Virus record (IMG/VR): IMGVR_UViG_3300034411_000443
Span: 1-37,087 of that record
Reading direction: 5' to 3' (one strand)
DNA from: a virus
Lineage: Duplodnaviria; Caudoviricetes
DNA: 37,087 nt
Shown: positions 17,768-27,107 of the stretch, piece after piece
Position numbering within the stretch: position 1 is the stretch's first letter
How the letters are laid out: the number at the start of each line of letters is the position of its first letter
The notes under the pieces: generated by a model
Databases searched by the model: none
What the model saw: the letters and a program-made list of their open reading frames with translations, nothing else
What the model was told of the DNA's origin: nothing
Made by a program: the position numbers and the translations under genes

Positions 17768-19162
17768 TTATCCTCTGCTTAGAAAGCCACCGCCTAATGT
17801 CCCAATCGCACCAAATAAACCCTGTGCCATTCCACTCGCCGCATTCTCTCGGGCGGCATAATTAGCCGAGTCGTAGTTCGCTTTATTGGCATAACCTTGC
17901 ATACCAATATTTACTCCCGCATCGGGATTTATCCGAGTTACTGATTCCTGTGGCATTCCGAAAAGTGCGGACCTTTCGCCAAATCCTTGGGCGGTATAAT
18001 TCTGTCCACCTCGGAGCATAGCCAGTGGATCGACTGATGTCTGCCTATTTAAATTCGATGCATAAGATCCAAGGCTTTGTGCTTGTTGGCGATTCTGTCC
18101 GATAATATCTCTTAAATAATCCTCTCGGCTCATGGCTTCAGCGGCAATGCCCGCATTATCCATTCCCCTACCCCGTGCGACTAATCCTTCACGAGCGGAC
18201 TGAGTAGCCCGCCTTCGCATCTCGGGCGATAGGTCAGTCATCTGTGCTTCATTGAAAGCCTGATCGGCTAACTGGTTAGCTTGCTGTGTACGAGCTTGCA
18301 TGAGTGGATCGGATGCACGGTATGCCTCGTTCATGTCCGCACCAAATCGACCCATCATGGAAATATCTGATCCAGCCTGTCTTTCCGCCATCCTTGCACC
18401 AAAATCCTGTGATCGAATAGCATTCGATTCTGCCAAGCTTGCCATGGGATCGGCGGCCCGTTTAGCGAGTCCCATCTGTAAATCCTGATATTGAGGATCG
18501 TACTTTTGGCGAACTCCTAAAAGCTGATCTTGAAGTCCCGAGTCGGCCATTGCTCCGACATAATCTTGGGCAGATTTACCAACATTAAATTCGGGTAAGG
18601 GAGGGGGAGCTTTTCCACCTCCAAAGAGTTTTTGTAAGAAGAAGGAAGGAACTCCCGAGGAGTTAACTGGTTCACCCGCTCCACCGGCATCCTTGAGCAT
18701 TTGTGCCTCTTCTTGATTAATGTACGCTAATCCTTCACCTTCCGGTGCGGCATTATTTAGAACCATAGCCGCTTGTTTAAGCGGATCTTCGGGGGCATAT
18801 GAAACTACTCCATCTTTTGTCATTTTACCTGATGCTCCCGACTGCATTAAAAGTTCCCGTTCGATTGGATTAATGTAGGCTAAAGATTCGCCGTCAGGAG
18901 ATTGGCTTGCTAAATATTTAATTACCTGGTCCTGGGAAATATTTTGATTGAAACCATCGGGATTGGTGTCAGCGAATTGCGTAGGATTTCCCCGTCTGAG
19001 CATCATCGCATGGGTATCGCCATAAGTTGGGTGTAGCGGATCTTGCGATTTCAAAACTTGAGTTGGGGAAATTTGTGCATCCCTGACAGCTTGAAGTCGA
19101 TATTCTGCCTCTTCGGCAATTTCCTCTTCCGATGGGCCGATTAATTTTTTTATGAAGTCCAT
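17768..19162 (-). CDS. putative DNA pilot / ejection protein
   Basis: Ala/Gln/Gly-rich with an amphipathic C-terminus (GMAQGLFGAIGTLGGGFL) and a duplicated GExLAYIN motif. Confidence 0.6.
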   Translation of the reverse strand: MDFIKKLIGPSEEEIAEEAEYRLQAVRDAQISPTQVLKSQDPLHPTYGDTHAMMLRRGNPTQFADTNPDGFNQNISQDQVIKYLASQSPDGESLAYINPIERELLMQSGASGKMTKDGVVSYAPEDPLKQAAMVLNNAAPEGEGLAYINQEEAQMLKDAGGAGEPVNSSGVPSFFLQKLFGGGKAPPPLPEFNVGKSAQDYVGAMADSGLQDQLLGVRQKYDPQYQDLQMGLAKRAADPMASLAESNAIRSQDFGARMAERQAGSDISMMGRFGADMNEAYRASDPLMQARTQQANQLADQAFNEAQMTDLSPEMRRRATQSAREGLVARGRGMDNAGIAAEAMSREDYLRDIIGQNRQQAQSLGSYASNLNRQTSVDPLAMLRGGQNYTAQGFGERSALFGMPQESVTRINPDAGVNIGMQGYANKANYDSANYAARENAASGMAQGLFGAIGTLGGGFLSRG

Positions 19163-19163
19163 A

Positions 19164-19937
19164 TTAAGTCTTAATTATGTAATTTAAAATGATGGTGGGC
19201 TGAACATTGTTGTGTGCTCCGCCTCCTCCTGTTGATGTTGCACCACTAGCATAAGTCGCAGTTGTCGGACTTGCTAAGTCTGAGCCTTTTGGGACATTTC
19301 CAGCCACTCCAACAGCCGAGTTATTAGCAAAGCCCGTAGTGACTCCGTGGGTATGGGCGGGCAATTCCGAGGTTGCTAGGGTGTGCGTTTCTGCACCGCC
19401 TGATCCGCCTAAAACATCTCCGTCAACTCCACCAGTTAAACCGGTTAATCGATTGGCAGAAGAACCTCCCATATCGTCCTGTCCGGCAATCACTCGGCCT
19501 CGTAGGTCGGGGATGTTATAAGTCGATGAACCATCGCCCGATCCGTAGGTCGTAGCTAATACACCAAACAAAGTCGAATAAGTAGAGCGTGAAATTGCCG
19601 CACCATCGCAAAGTAAATACCCAGTCGGAGCAGATGATCCAGCAAAAGACATAATTGATCCTGTGGGCATTAAAACAGATACTGCCGCCGCATCGAGCTT
19701 GGCGGAGGTTACTGCTCCATCTTGAATCTTGGCAGTAATTACTGCATCTGTTGCAAGCTGAGTCGCTGTGATTCCGGCATCTTTAACTTTTAATTTACTT
19801 GAACCTAGAGTAAGGGTCGAATTGTCAGTAGTCGAGGCGGCCGAAGTAAAAGTCGCTTGACCAATTATGTCGTTTAATTTCTGAGCGGTTACCTGGTCAC
19901 CACTGCTAAAACTTTGTCCTGTGCTTAATACTGCCAT
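19164..19937 (-). CDS. tail fibre protein with tail collar domain
   Basis: MPTGSIMSFAG..APTGYLLCDG.A.SR.TY..LF, PDLRGR, HTH motif pair, AHNNVQP..ILNYIIK. Confidence 0.9.
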   Translation of the reverse strand: MAVLSTGQSFSSGDQVTAQKLNDIIGQATFTSAASTTDNSTLTLGSSKLKVKDAGITATQLATDAVITAKIQDGAVTSAKLDAAAVSVLMPTGSIMSFAGSSAPTGYLLCDGAAISRSTYSTLFGVLATTYGSGDGSSTYNIPDLRGRVIAGQDDMGGSSANRLTGLTGGVDGDVLGGSGGAETHTLATSELPAHTHGVTTGFANNSAVGVAGNVPKGSDLASPTTATYASGATSTGGGGAHNNVQPTIILNYIIKT

Positions 19938-19947
19938 AATGTTTCTC

Positions 19948-22389
19948 CTATGAAATTGAAGTCGTACTTCTGTCTGTTACTCGGGCATCGATCTTAACTG
20001 CCCGTAAAAATGGTCTGCCCGCTGTGGGCTTAAAGTCTGTTTGGATTCCAAATCCCCTTTTTCTTACTCCTAATCGGATGGAAGAATCTTCGCTTGCCGG
20101 TAATGTCGAACCTATTAAACTAGATATCGATGTGGCCGAGGATGTTGAGTCGGGATCTTCTGTTATAAAACTGATATCACCATCGGATAATCCATCGTCT
20201 GAGCTTTTTATATGTAGCTCGGAACGGGCGAACATTTTCCTGTCAGCAGTATCGGCATCATATTGTCGGGTTGTGCATTGAGAAACGACTGCTATGGTCT
20301 CGGGGACCGCCTGACCGGCAGTCATACTTACCACATCCCCGCCATCTGCTCCATCGACTTTATGAATGCCTCCCTCTTCTGTGGTCAGATAAAGGGCATT
20401 TTGTGAACCCTCTTTGCCGACTATTAATTCACGAATTGCAAACTCGGTAGAGTTAACTGTGTCGATGCTTTCAAAGCCTCCGTTAAGGAAGCTGTACACG
20501 ATTATAGTGTTAAGCTTAGTTGCATCTCCCCCGCCTGGAACAATGTCTAATGGTAAGGCCAGCCAGTAACGATTATCGAAGTAAACTCCGCAAGACAGAT
20601 GAACATAATCCTGATTAATTCGGTCGATAAAGGGCTGGATGGTTTCCGAGATTGGAGTGCCTGTTCCTCGTAAATTATATTCATCGAGGAACTCGACCGC
20701 ATAAATTCCTTGGTCGGATAAAAACATTATCTGATTGGCTACTTGGACAACTGATTTCCTTGCCGAGCATCCAATTTCTGTGGTTACCACATTAGTGGAA
20801 ACATCGGCAAGAGATCCGCTAATCCCACTCATCAGATGGATTGATTTGCGATTAAATACTACAAGAGAATCCTTAGTGAATGGAGTAAGCTGGACCAAGT
20901 AATCGCTTTGCCCGGCGGATGGTCTAAACTGATTGCCAATCACATCCACGGTATCGAAATCCATTATATCAGATGCTACAATTTCATCCCTTATTCCTCG
21001 GTCCGTAGGATTAGTTTCCGAGGTGTACCAGTAAGGCATCCAAAGCCTTCGTTCGTGAACGATTCCCCAAGGTGCGGCGGGTTGGTGGATGTAGCCTTTT
21101 CCGACTGCTAGTGGTTTATTAACTGTTAAAGTTTTAGACTGCCCGATTGAGACATTTGCGACTTCTAAGTTAAAAGTAAATTGATTGACTGTGGGTGCTC
21201 CCGTAACTCTGACTTTTTGATCGGCAAATAGATCAAATGGGCTTGTACCTGACTGGATGGTTAAATCATCCCCAGCGGATAGTCCGTGGGAAGTGATGTC
21301 CATCGTTACCACTCCATCCTGTGCCACGGTTGTCGTATCAGTCAGATAAACCGGTGCAGTATAAGTTCCGTTTGCCACTTTACTGAAGTCCGAGAAATAT
21401 TCCACCTGTGCGCCGGAAACATTGAAGGTCGTATTTTGGCTCGTTGCCATTGTGACGGTAAACTGATTTGTCGATGCAGTGGCCACTTGGTAACAATCAT
21501 TTGGATTATTAGTCCAATTCCCTAGACCGGTTAAAGTAACATAATCATTAGCCGAGCGGCCATGTGCCGTGGCATTTACTGTTATTGTCTGCCCACTTTG
21601 TGATGCAGATGAGATATCCACTCGCTGAACCTCGGGGCTAGCCTCGAGAGTTGTCTGACGAGTCCTAAAGATATACATCTTCCCGAGTCCCTGAGTCATC
21701 TGAACCGGTCCATCGACTGACTCTCCTCCCGCTTCATACCGACACTTAAAAAGTGCAGAGTCTTTCAGACGCAGAATGATACAGGTGGTATCTGTGGCGG
21801 TAAAAATATAGTCATCATTATTCGATGTGGCATCAGAGAAAACTGCCGATCCGAAGACTTCGTTTACTCCGTTATCGTTGAGGGTAAAATTTAAAGTTGT
21901 ACCTATGGATGTGCCAGCAGATACGACTGAAGTATTACCGACATTTTCGCCATTAACCGTAAAAGTGGTATCAGATCCGGTATTACTAAAAGTTAGTGTC
22001 TTAGTCGTAAAATTGACCGAGGCTAAGGTTTGAGTGCCGTTTACTGAAGTATCTAAATCATCTATATGAAAAGAATCGCCAGGTATAAAGGAGAGAGATG
22101 GAGTAGCATTTAAAACTAAGGTTACCACATTGCTCTGCCTCTGAGCCGATAAAATAATGTAAGGCAACCGGATCGCATTTGTCCCCGAAGTGATTGAGCC
22201 AAACAGAGTCGATAACCCTTTGCGAGTCTGCCAAGTTCCATCCTTATTCATTCGACCATTCTTCGACAAAGCTACCTCACCAGGCTTCAACTGGTTAGGC
22301 CGTAGACGGGCATTCATCCGCAGAAAAAAAGTATCCCCTTCCGATGTGAATGGATCGTCTAACTTGCCGTATGAACGATACCGGCTCAC
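19948..22389 (-). CDS. tail tube / nozzle protein (P22 gp10 / T7 gp12-like) with inserted beta domains
   Basis: 813 aa; beta-propeller-like C-terminal half (IGCSARKSV, FLSDQGIY, RYWLA). Repeats of the T.T....HG....D.V type. AGGAGG RBS before GTG. Confidence 0.7.
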   Translation of the reverse strand: MSRYRSYGKLDDPFTSEGDTFFLRMNARLRPNQLKPGEVALSKNGRMNKDGTWQTRKGLSTLFGSITSGTNAIRLPYIILSAQRQSNVVTLVLNATPSLSFIPGDSFHIDDLDTSVNGTQTLASVNFTTKTLTFSNTGSDTTFTVNGENVGNTSVVSAGTSIGTTLNFTLNDNGVNEVFGSAVFSDATSNNDDYIFTATDTTCIILRLKDSALFKCRYEAGGESVDGPVQMTQGLGKMYIFRTRQTTLEASPEVQRVDISSASQSGQTITVNATAHGRSANDYVTLTGLGNWTNNPNDCYQVATASTNQFTVTMATSQNTTFNVSGAQVEYFSDFSKVANGTYTAPVYLTDTTTVAQDGVVTMDITSHGLSAGDDLTIQSGTSPFDLFADQKVRVTGAPTVNQFTFNLEVANVSIGQSKTLTVNKPLAVGKGYIHQPAAPWGIVHERRLWMPYWYTSETNPTDRGIRDEIVASDIMDFDTVDVIGNQFRPSAGQSDYLVQLTPFTKDSLVVFNRKSIHLMSGISGSLADVSTNVVTTEIGCSARKSVVQVANQIMFLSDQGIYAVEFLDEYNLRGTGTPISETIQPFIDRINQDYVHLSCGVYFDNRYWLALPLDIVPGGGDATKLNTIIVYSFLNGGFESIDTVNSTEFAIRELIVGKEGSQNALYLTTEEGGIHKVDGADGGDVVSMTAGQAVPETIAVVSQCTTRQYDADTADRKMFARSELHIKSSDDGLSDGDISFITEDPDSTSSATSISSLIGSTLPASEDSSIRLGVRKRGFGIQTDFKPTAGRPFLRAVKIDARVTDRSTTSIS

Positions 22390-22529
22390 TTCGTTTTTAC
22401 CTCCTGGTAAATTTTTACCGCCATATAAATGATGGTCATCCCGCCGGCGATGATGCCGATAAGCTCATGAAAAGATCCGCTTAAACTGGCAAGCGATCCA
22501 CCAAACCCAGCTAATGCGGTTCGGTCCAT
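22386..22529 (-). CDS. holin-like small membrane protein (47 aa)
   Basis: MDRTALAGFGGSLASLSGSFHELIGIIAGGMTIIYMAVKIYQEVKTK, translated by hand. Hydrophobic core, basic C-terminus, overlaps both neighbours. Confidence 0.6.
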   Translation of the reverse strand: MDRTALAGFGGSLASLSGSFHELIGIIAGGMTIIYMAVKIYQEVKTK

Positions 22530-22645
22530 TAGAAAAGCCAATCGAGGATTATAATGCCAACGACAAGGCCAGCTAAAACAGTAAACATCTTTGCTTTTGT
22601 TGAAAGTGTTGAGAATTGATCTGCTAATAATTTAAGATTTTTCAC
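22529..22645 (-). CDS. small membrane protein (38 aa)
   Basis: MKNLKLLADQFSTLSTKAKMFTVLAGLVVGIIILDWLF (GTG start), translated by hand. One C-terminal TM helix. Confidence 0.6.
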   Translation of the reverse strand: MKNLKLLADQFSTLSTKAKMFTVLAGLVVGIIILDWLF

Positions 22646-23093
22646 GGGAAGGAGGTTTTACGGGAAAGGGTGCGCGGGTCTGATGTTTGATTGCTTCGGT
22701 TTGAGAGCATTGACGGGCAGTTCTTTTTGCTACGAAAATGGGGATACCCAAGTACCCTCCGAGCAGTATTGCCGCTCCGATTAAAATCTTTTTTATGTAC
22801 GATGTGAATGCCTCGAATCCTGTCTTATGTTCCTCCATACCTTGAGCAACCAAGGCAGATACATCACCATGACTTAACGCCTCTATGGTTTCTTCTGCTT
22901 CGATTAGGGCATCTTTGTTTTTTAATGCTTCTCCAGCAAGTACGCCAGCACCAGCAGAGAGTCCACCAACTACAGGGCCACCCGCAAGCGTTCCGGCACT
23001 TCCGCCAATCACTCCGCCCAAGGTTGGGTAGACAGAGCGAAAATTGCACCCTGTGAGGCATATCGCCAATAATAGTATGGCGGTGTAAATCAT
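22632..23093 (-). CDS. lipoprotein with glycine zipper and C-terminal TM helix (u-spanin-like)
   Basis: MIYTAILLLAICLTG-C lipobox, GxxxG repeats, second hydrophobic helix ILIGAAILLGGYLGIPIFVA. ATG at 23093 overlaps the upstream stop. Confidence 0.65.
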   Translation of the reverse strand: MIYTAILLLAICLTGCNFRSVYPTLGGVIGGSAGTLAGGPVVGGLSAGAGVLAGEALKNKDALIEAEETIEALSHGDVSALVAQGMEEHKTGFEAFTSYIKKILIGAAILLGGYLGIPIFVAKRTARQCSQTEAIKHQTRAPFPVKPPSREKS

Positions 23094-23323
23094 TCGCCAG
23101 GAGGAGTATCGCCAGCCCACTCAGCAGTTGCTAGAATTGTAAGTATTTCAGAATGCGTGTATTGCGTTTTGCCTTCTAAAAAACTTGGTGTATCCCCATC
23201 AAATTTGAGTACAACTTTTGTTCGGGCGATATTATACAAAAGCGTGTTAGCCGAAGTTTCTAATACTTCACTAAAATCAACTTCTGAAATTTCTGAAGAT
23301 TCAATTATTACATAATTTTTCAT
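23090..23323 (-). CDS. small acidic protein next to the fibre gene (possible fibre assembly factor)
   Basis: 77 aa from ATG 23323 (MKNYVII...), immediately after the LamG fibre gene. Confidence 0.65.
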   Translation of the reverse strand: MKNYVIIESSEISEVDFSEVLETSANTLLYNIARTKVVLKFDGDTPSFLEGKTQYTHSEILTILATAEWAGDTPPGE

Positions 23324-23330
23324 AATTTTA

Positions 23331-24608
23331 TTAGCTAGGTACACTAGTGTCTTGTAAGTTTACTCCATTGGCGGCTTCTAAAGCTTCGCTCCCAATTTGG
23401 TCAGTAATCGTAGTTCCAGAGAACCCGTCTCCCATTCTCCACAATCCTGTCGCATTGTACCCACTAGAAACATCGATAGGTACGCCACTGTTATACATAG
23501 CAGTAACTTGTGTGGAGGTTAATCCTGTGCTATGGAAACTTATTTCATCCATTAATCCGTCAAAGTTATAACCTGGACCACTGTAACCGAAGTTTCCAAT
23601 ATCAAGTGCAGTTGAGTTACTAATGCTACTTTCTTCAGTGCCATTAATATAGACTTTTTGCGTGCCACTTGTCCTTTCTATAACGAGGTGATACCAATTA
23701 TTTATTGAGTAGGCTGATGTTATATCAACTTGAGTACCCCAACTTTTTAGAGTAAGAGTACCGCCAAGAATGTATGCTCGACCAGATGCCCCTTTGAATA
23801 AAAAATCTTGAGAAGTGGATTGAGGGTAAAACCACAGCGACAAAGCTAAGTCAGTTGTGCCCAAAGTTATATAGCGATTAGTTGCGGAAGTGCCGAAATG
23901 TAAATGGTCATCAACTCCATCAAAATCTGCTGAATAAGTATTTAAAAAAGGTGCTTTGTCGGAGTCCCCTGTAATATAATAACTATCGGTTGCTATTGGT
24001 ACTATTTTAATGACTCCGTATTGTCCAATCGTTGCAACCCCTAAATTATATCCAACAGCACTAACTCCTGACCCCGCTAATATAACTACCCTACCTACAC
24101 CCTTTTGTACGACTTCGCAGTTAAAACCACTTCCTAAACTTGCTGGTATGGTTATGTATGCAGTACTTGATTCATTAACCACTATAACCTTTCCATTTTC
24201 GGAAGCAGTGAGAGTAAAAGCTAGAGGTGTTCCTGAAAAAGTAGGTGTGGTTATGCTAAGAGACGGACTTGAAGCTGGCAAGTTAGTTAACTGTGATCCG
24301 TTAACTGCGGGTAATCCTGTCGAATCTAGTACGACTACATTCCCATTTGATGTCCCTGTGTTTGCGACTGCCGCAGTACCAAGTCCAAGATTTGTCCGAC
24401 TCGTTCCGGCATTCGCAACATCAGATAAATTATTGCTTGCGAGTAAATCACCTTGTGGGGCGGCCGCTACCAGATTGGCAACTGTGACTTTTTTAGTAGT
24501 ACCTTGTGCCGAGCCGGTGGTGTCCGAGACATCGGTGATTGGAATGATATCTGCGGTATTAGGTGTACCGCCGAGAGATGAAAGTGAACTAATGCGCCGA
24601 TTTGCCAT
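23331..24608 (-). CDS. tail fibre / receptor-binding protein with concanavalin A-like (LamG) domain
   Basis: NNLSDV...RTNLGLG fibre repeat; FDGVDD, SLWF, WYHLV, KVYING, FDGLMDE, GLWRMGDG. Confidence 0.85.
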   Translation of the reverse strand: MANRRISSLSSLGGTPNTADIIPITDVSDTTGSAQGTTKKVTVANLVAAAPQGDLLASNNLSDVANAGTSRTNLGLGTAAVANTGTSNGNVVVLDSTGLPAVNGSQLTNLPASSPSLSITTPTFSGTPLAFTLTASENGKVIVVNESSTAYITIPASLGSGFNCEVVQKGVGRVVILAGSGVSAVGYNLGVATIGQYGVIKIVPIATDSYYITGDSDKAPFLNTYSADFDGVDDHLHFGTSATNRYITLGTTDLALSLWFYPQSTSQDFLFKGASGRAYILGGTLTLKSWGTQVDITSAYSINNWYHLVIERTSGTQKVYINGTEESSISNSTALDIGNFGYSGPGYNFDGLMDEISFHSTGLTSTQVTAMYNSGVPIDVSSGYNATGLWRMGDGFSGTTITDQIGSEALEAANGVNLQDTSVPS

Positions 24609-24619
24609 AATATTTTTCC

Positions 24620-24763
24620 TTAATCAAATGCTAAAATGTTTCCGTCTTCTGTGTTTAAATAGGGTCCGCTTTCTGCTTGAATCGCACCATCGACTCCGAT
24701 GGGGGGGATGTGCGAATCTGCATCCGCCTCCCCGATCATTAAGCCTAGTGCGAGATCCGGCAT
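24620..24763 (-). CDS. small virion protein (47 aa, MPDLALGL...LNTEDGNILAFD)
   Basis: Translated by hand. It fills the gap between structural genes and has an L.TEDG..L motif. Confidence 0.6.
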   Translation of the reverse strand: MPDLALGLMIGEADADSHIPPIGVDGAIQAESGPYLNTEDGNILAFD

Positions 24764-24766
24764 CGC

Positions 24767-25036
24767 TTATCCCTTATAGAGAATGCAAGCTCCCGAAGTG
24801 AGCGAAACCGATGTGCAAGGTACATACAGAACTTGCCCGGCGGCGAAGGTAACTGCATCAGAGATTAAGTCCGCTGAGTCATCCATTTTGCCGACTAAAG
24901 CGGCCAAGACCGAGTCCTCGGTAAATTGGATCGCTGTCCATCCCGCTGTGCCGTTTGTGTGGCTGGCTGTATCATTTACATAGGCACACCCATTGGCTCC
25001 CATACTGTTGTTTACATTAATTGCTGAGATTCCCAT
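24767..25036 (-). CDS. small structural protein
   Basis: 89-aa beta-rich ORF within the structural operon. Confidence 0.65.
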   Translation of the reverse strand: MGISAINVNNSMGANGCAYVNDTASHTNGTAGWTAIQFTEDSVLAALVGKMDDSADLISDAVTFAAGQVLYVPCTSVSLTSGACILYKG

Positions 25037-25040
25037 AATA

Positions 25041-25673
25041 TTATACTGTTGTTAAAATGTTAACTCCGAAGCTGTAGCTCGGATATGTGTTGACCGATAT
25101 TTTATTCATTCCTTCAAGGCGTTCGACTCGGTCGATTTCGAGTGCCAAGGTTTCTTCAGCTAATGCCTCTTGTTGCATTGATTTCTCCAACTGGCCGTCT
25201 GATTTGTACCAGTCAGAAATTGTAGCTAAAAGTAAGTACCTCTCCAAGAATCTTGGAAGGTCAGGATCTCCCGACTCGCCATAGCTTGAAGGAGTTACCT
25301 GGTTGCCCATTACAAAGACTGAACTTTGAGACGAATTGGCGGGTAATACTAAATACCCATTGATTAAATTGTAATCCAACTTGAATGCTGTGCGATCTGA
25401 TAATGGATTCTTATCAAAGACCGAAAACACATCCATTAAATTTGCATCGTTGTCGATTTGAACCGCTTTGTCTGCAACTATGGGCGAGGTGACGGCGGCA
25501 ACAGTCTTTTCGACTACTGTCAAAAGCTCAGGCCACTGTGCGCGGGTCCATGCTCCTTTTACTCGGTCGTTTAACGAGTTTTTGAATGCTGTTTCTTCTA
25601 CCGATAATAATGTATCCACCCCGATGGCCGAGGTGAATCGATTTTTAAGTTCGGTGTAGGTTACAGTTCTCAA
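25041..25673 (-). CDS. putative head-tail adaptor / tail tubular protein A
   Basis: About 210 aa, downstream of the capsid gene. N-terminal helices, WP motif, LPRFLERYL and a C-terminal helix. Confidence 0.6.
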   Translation of the reverse strand: MRTVTYTELKNRFTSAIGVDTLLSVEETAFKNSLNDRVKGAWTRAQWPELLTVVEKTVAAVTSPIVADKAVQIDNDANLMDVFSVFDKNPLSDRTAFKLDYNLINGYLVLPANSSQSSVFVMGNQVTPSSYGESGDPDLPRFLERYLLLATISDWYKSDGQLEKSMQQEALAEETLALEIDRVERLEGMNKISVNTYPSYSFGVNILTTV

Positions 25674-25975
25674 GATCCGATTACCGTTTCGGGGTTGGCT
25701 TTTGCGAAGTCTTTAGAATATTGAGGATCGGACATACATCCTGGTCTTTCCTGTTCATGCCTCATGTAAGTAGATAAATCTACGGACCGGACGGCTCGGA
25801 GGTTCTTACCCCCGCCGACAGATTGGCCGTATTTACGAGCGGCTAATGCTCTTTGCTTATAACCCGCTTTTTCTTGTGCGGCTTGTCGGTCAACTTTCTT
25901 GGCTAAATACTGAGCCATTTCTTCGCCCGACATTCCACTTCTCTTACCACCTTTTACTATTATATTGAGACTCAT
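25670..25975 (-). CDS. hypothetical protein
   Basis: 101-aa ORF directly after the capsid terminator; TTGA overlap with the next gene. Confidence 0.7.
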   Translation of the reverse strand: MSLNIIVKGGKRSGMSGEEMAQYLAKKVDRQAAQEKAGYKQRALAARKYGQSVGGGKNLRAVRSVDLSTYMRHEQERPGCMSDPQYSKDFAKANPETVIGS

Positions 25976-25984
25976 ATTTTAAAG

Positions 25985-26020
25985 AAAAAAGGGAGGCCGG
26001 CCACTACCAACCGGCCTCCC
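25985..26020 (-). terminator. Rho-independent terminator after major capsid gene
   Basis: Minus strand GGGAGGCCGG-ttggtagtgg-CCGGCCTCCC followed by TTTTTT (perfect 10-bp stem). Confidence 0.9.
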
Positions 26021-26042
26021 TAAATAACAATAATAAACCAAC

Positions 26043-27071
26043 CTAAACTATTGAACCAAGTGCGCGTGGATTGCTGACACGAATTGTAGCCATACACTCT
26101 GTGAATGCGCGTTTTCCAGCACCGCCGTCAGGAAGATCCTGAACAGTCATGCCTTCCAAGAATTTCAAGGAAACCGTGTCATCAGATGGAAGGAGATATC
26201 CTCGATCTGTATTAACAGTTCCAAGTGCTGTACTTGTTCCGCTTGCTCCAGCATCCCTTCTACCATTCCAAAGAGTAGGAATGATATCAACAACCCCATA
26301 GTCCGAAATGTACTGGACTACTGATAATTTCAAGATACCATCCTTAACATCCTGGTTGAAGTTAAAGTCACTGTTTGCAGTGGTGGATCTTGTGTAGTCA
26401 GTAATTTTATTTACGACTGATGGGCCTCCAAAAAGTTTGAAAGAGCCTTTAGAACCGGCGGCAGTGTAAACAGCTTGAAGGAGTCCACGGAAAGCAGATT
26501 CTGTCAAACTTGCAAGACTTACACGGGAGCCACTTACTGCACGGAAACCTTGCTTTAAGGATGTGTCGAAAGTGTTGCCGGTCGCAGTTGGGTCAGACCA
26601 AATTCCAAGTCCGCACATGGTAGCTCCAGCAGAACCTGAGCCAGCGGCTTGATCGTTGTTTGAAGCGATTGCCACTTCAAGGCTGTTCTTTAACTGAATT
26701 AAAGATTTTGCAGTTGAGGCCGCAAAGAGAGATCCACCAGGAGCAACATCAACCATTTCAGCCTGACGGGATACTGCGAAGATATCTCTAAGTGTTGCCA
26801 CCCGGTTACCTAGGCGAGCGCGGCTATCAATTAAGTTAGCGGCATTCGACAGACTAATATCTACACCGTCTGCGTTTGTTGCGGCACTTGAACCAGCGGG
26901 ATCAGCGAGTGAATCAACTAACCATTCATTAAGAGTCGCTTTGGGAGCGGCGGATTGAGAAATCGTGCTGTAAATTGGAGTCTCTTGTGGAGAAACCGTT
27001 TTCATCACATTTTCCAAATTTTCGCGTGAGCCCTTGGTACTCAACACGTTATACGAAGTTGCTATAGCCAT
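26043..27071 (-). CDS. major capsid protein (HK97 fold, DUF5309/SU10-like)
   Basis: RENLENV...SPQETP, EW.VD.L, R.GN, Y.SDYG.V. It follows the scaffold gene, has a TAAGGA RBS and precedes a strong terminator. Confidence 0.85.
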   Translation of the reverse strand: MAIATSYNVLSTKGSRENLENVMKTVSPQETPIYSTISQSAAPKATLNEWLVDSLADPAGSSAATNADGVDISLSNAANLIDSRARLGNRVATLRDIFAVSRQAEMVDVAPGGSLFAASTAKSLIQLKNSLEVAIASNNDQAAGSGSAGATMCGLGIWSDPTATGNTFDTSLKQGFRAVSGSRVSLASLTESAFRGLLQAVYTAAGSKGSFKLFGGPSVVNKITDYTRSTTANSDFNFNQDVKDGILKLSVVQYISDYGVVDIIPTLWNGRRDAGASGTSTALGTVNTDRGYLLPSDDTVSLKFLEGMTVQDLPDGGAGKRAFTECMATIRVSNPRALGSIV

Positions 27072-27107
27072 TTTATATATTCCTTATTTTAAGATTTTTA
27101 AATTTTT

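Noticed and set aside
24010-24801. 263-aa plus-strand ORF
   Set aside because: Antisense shadow of the fibre gene and its neighbours.
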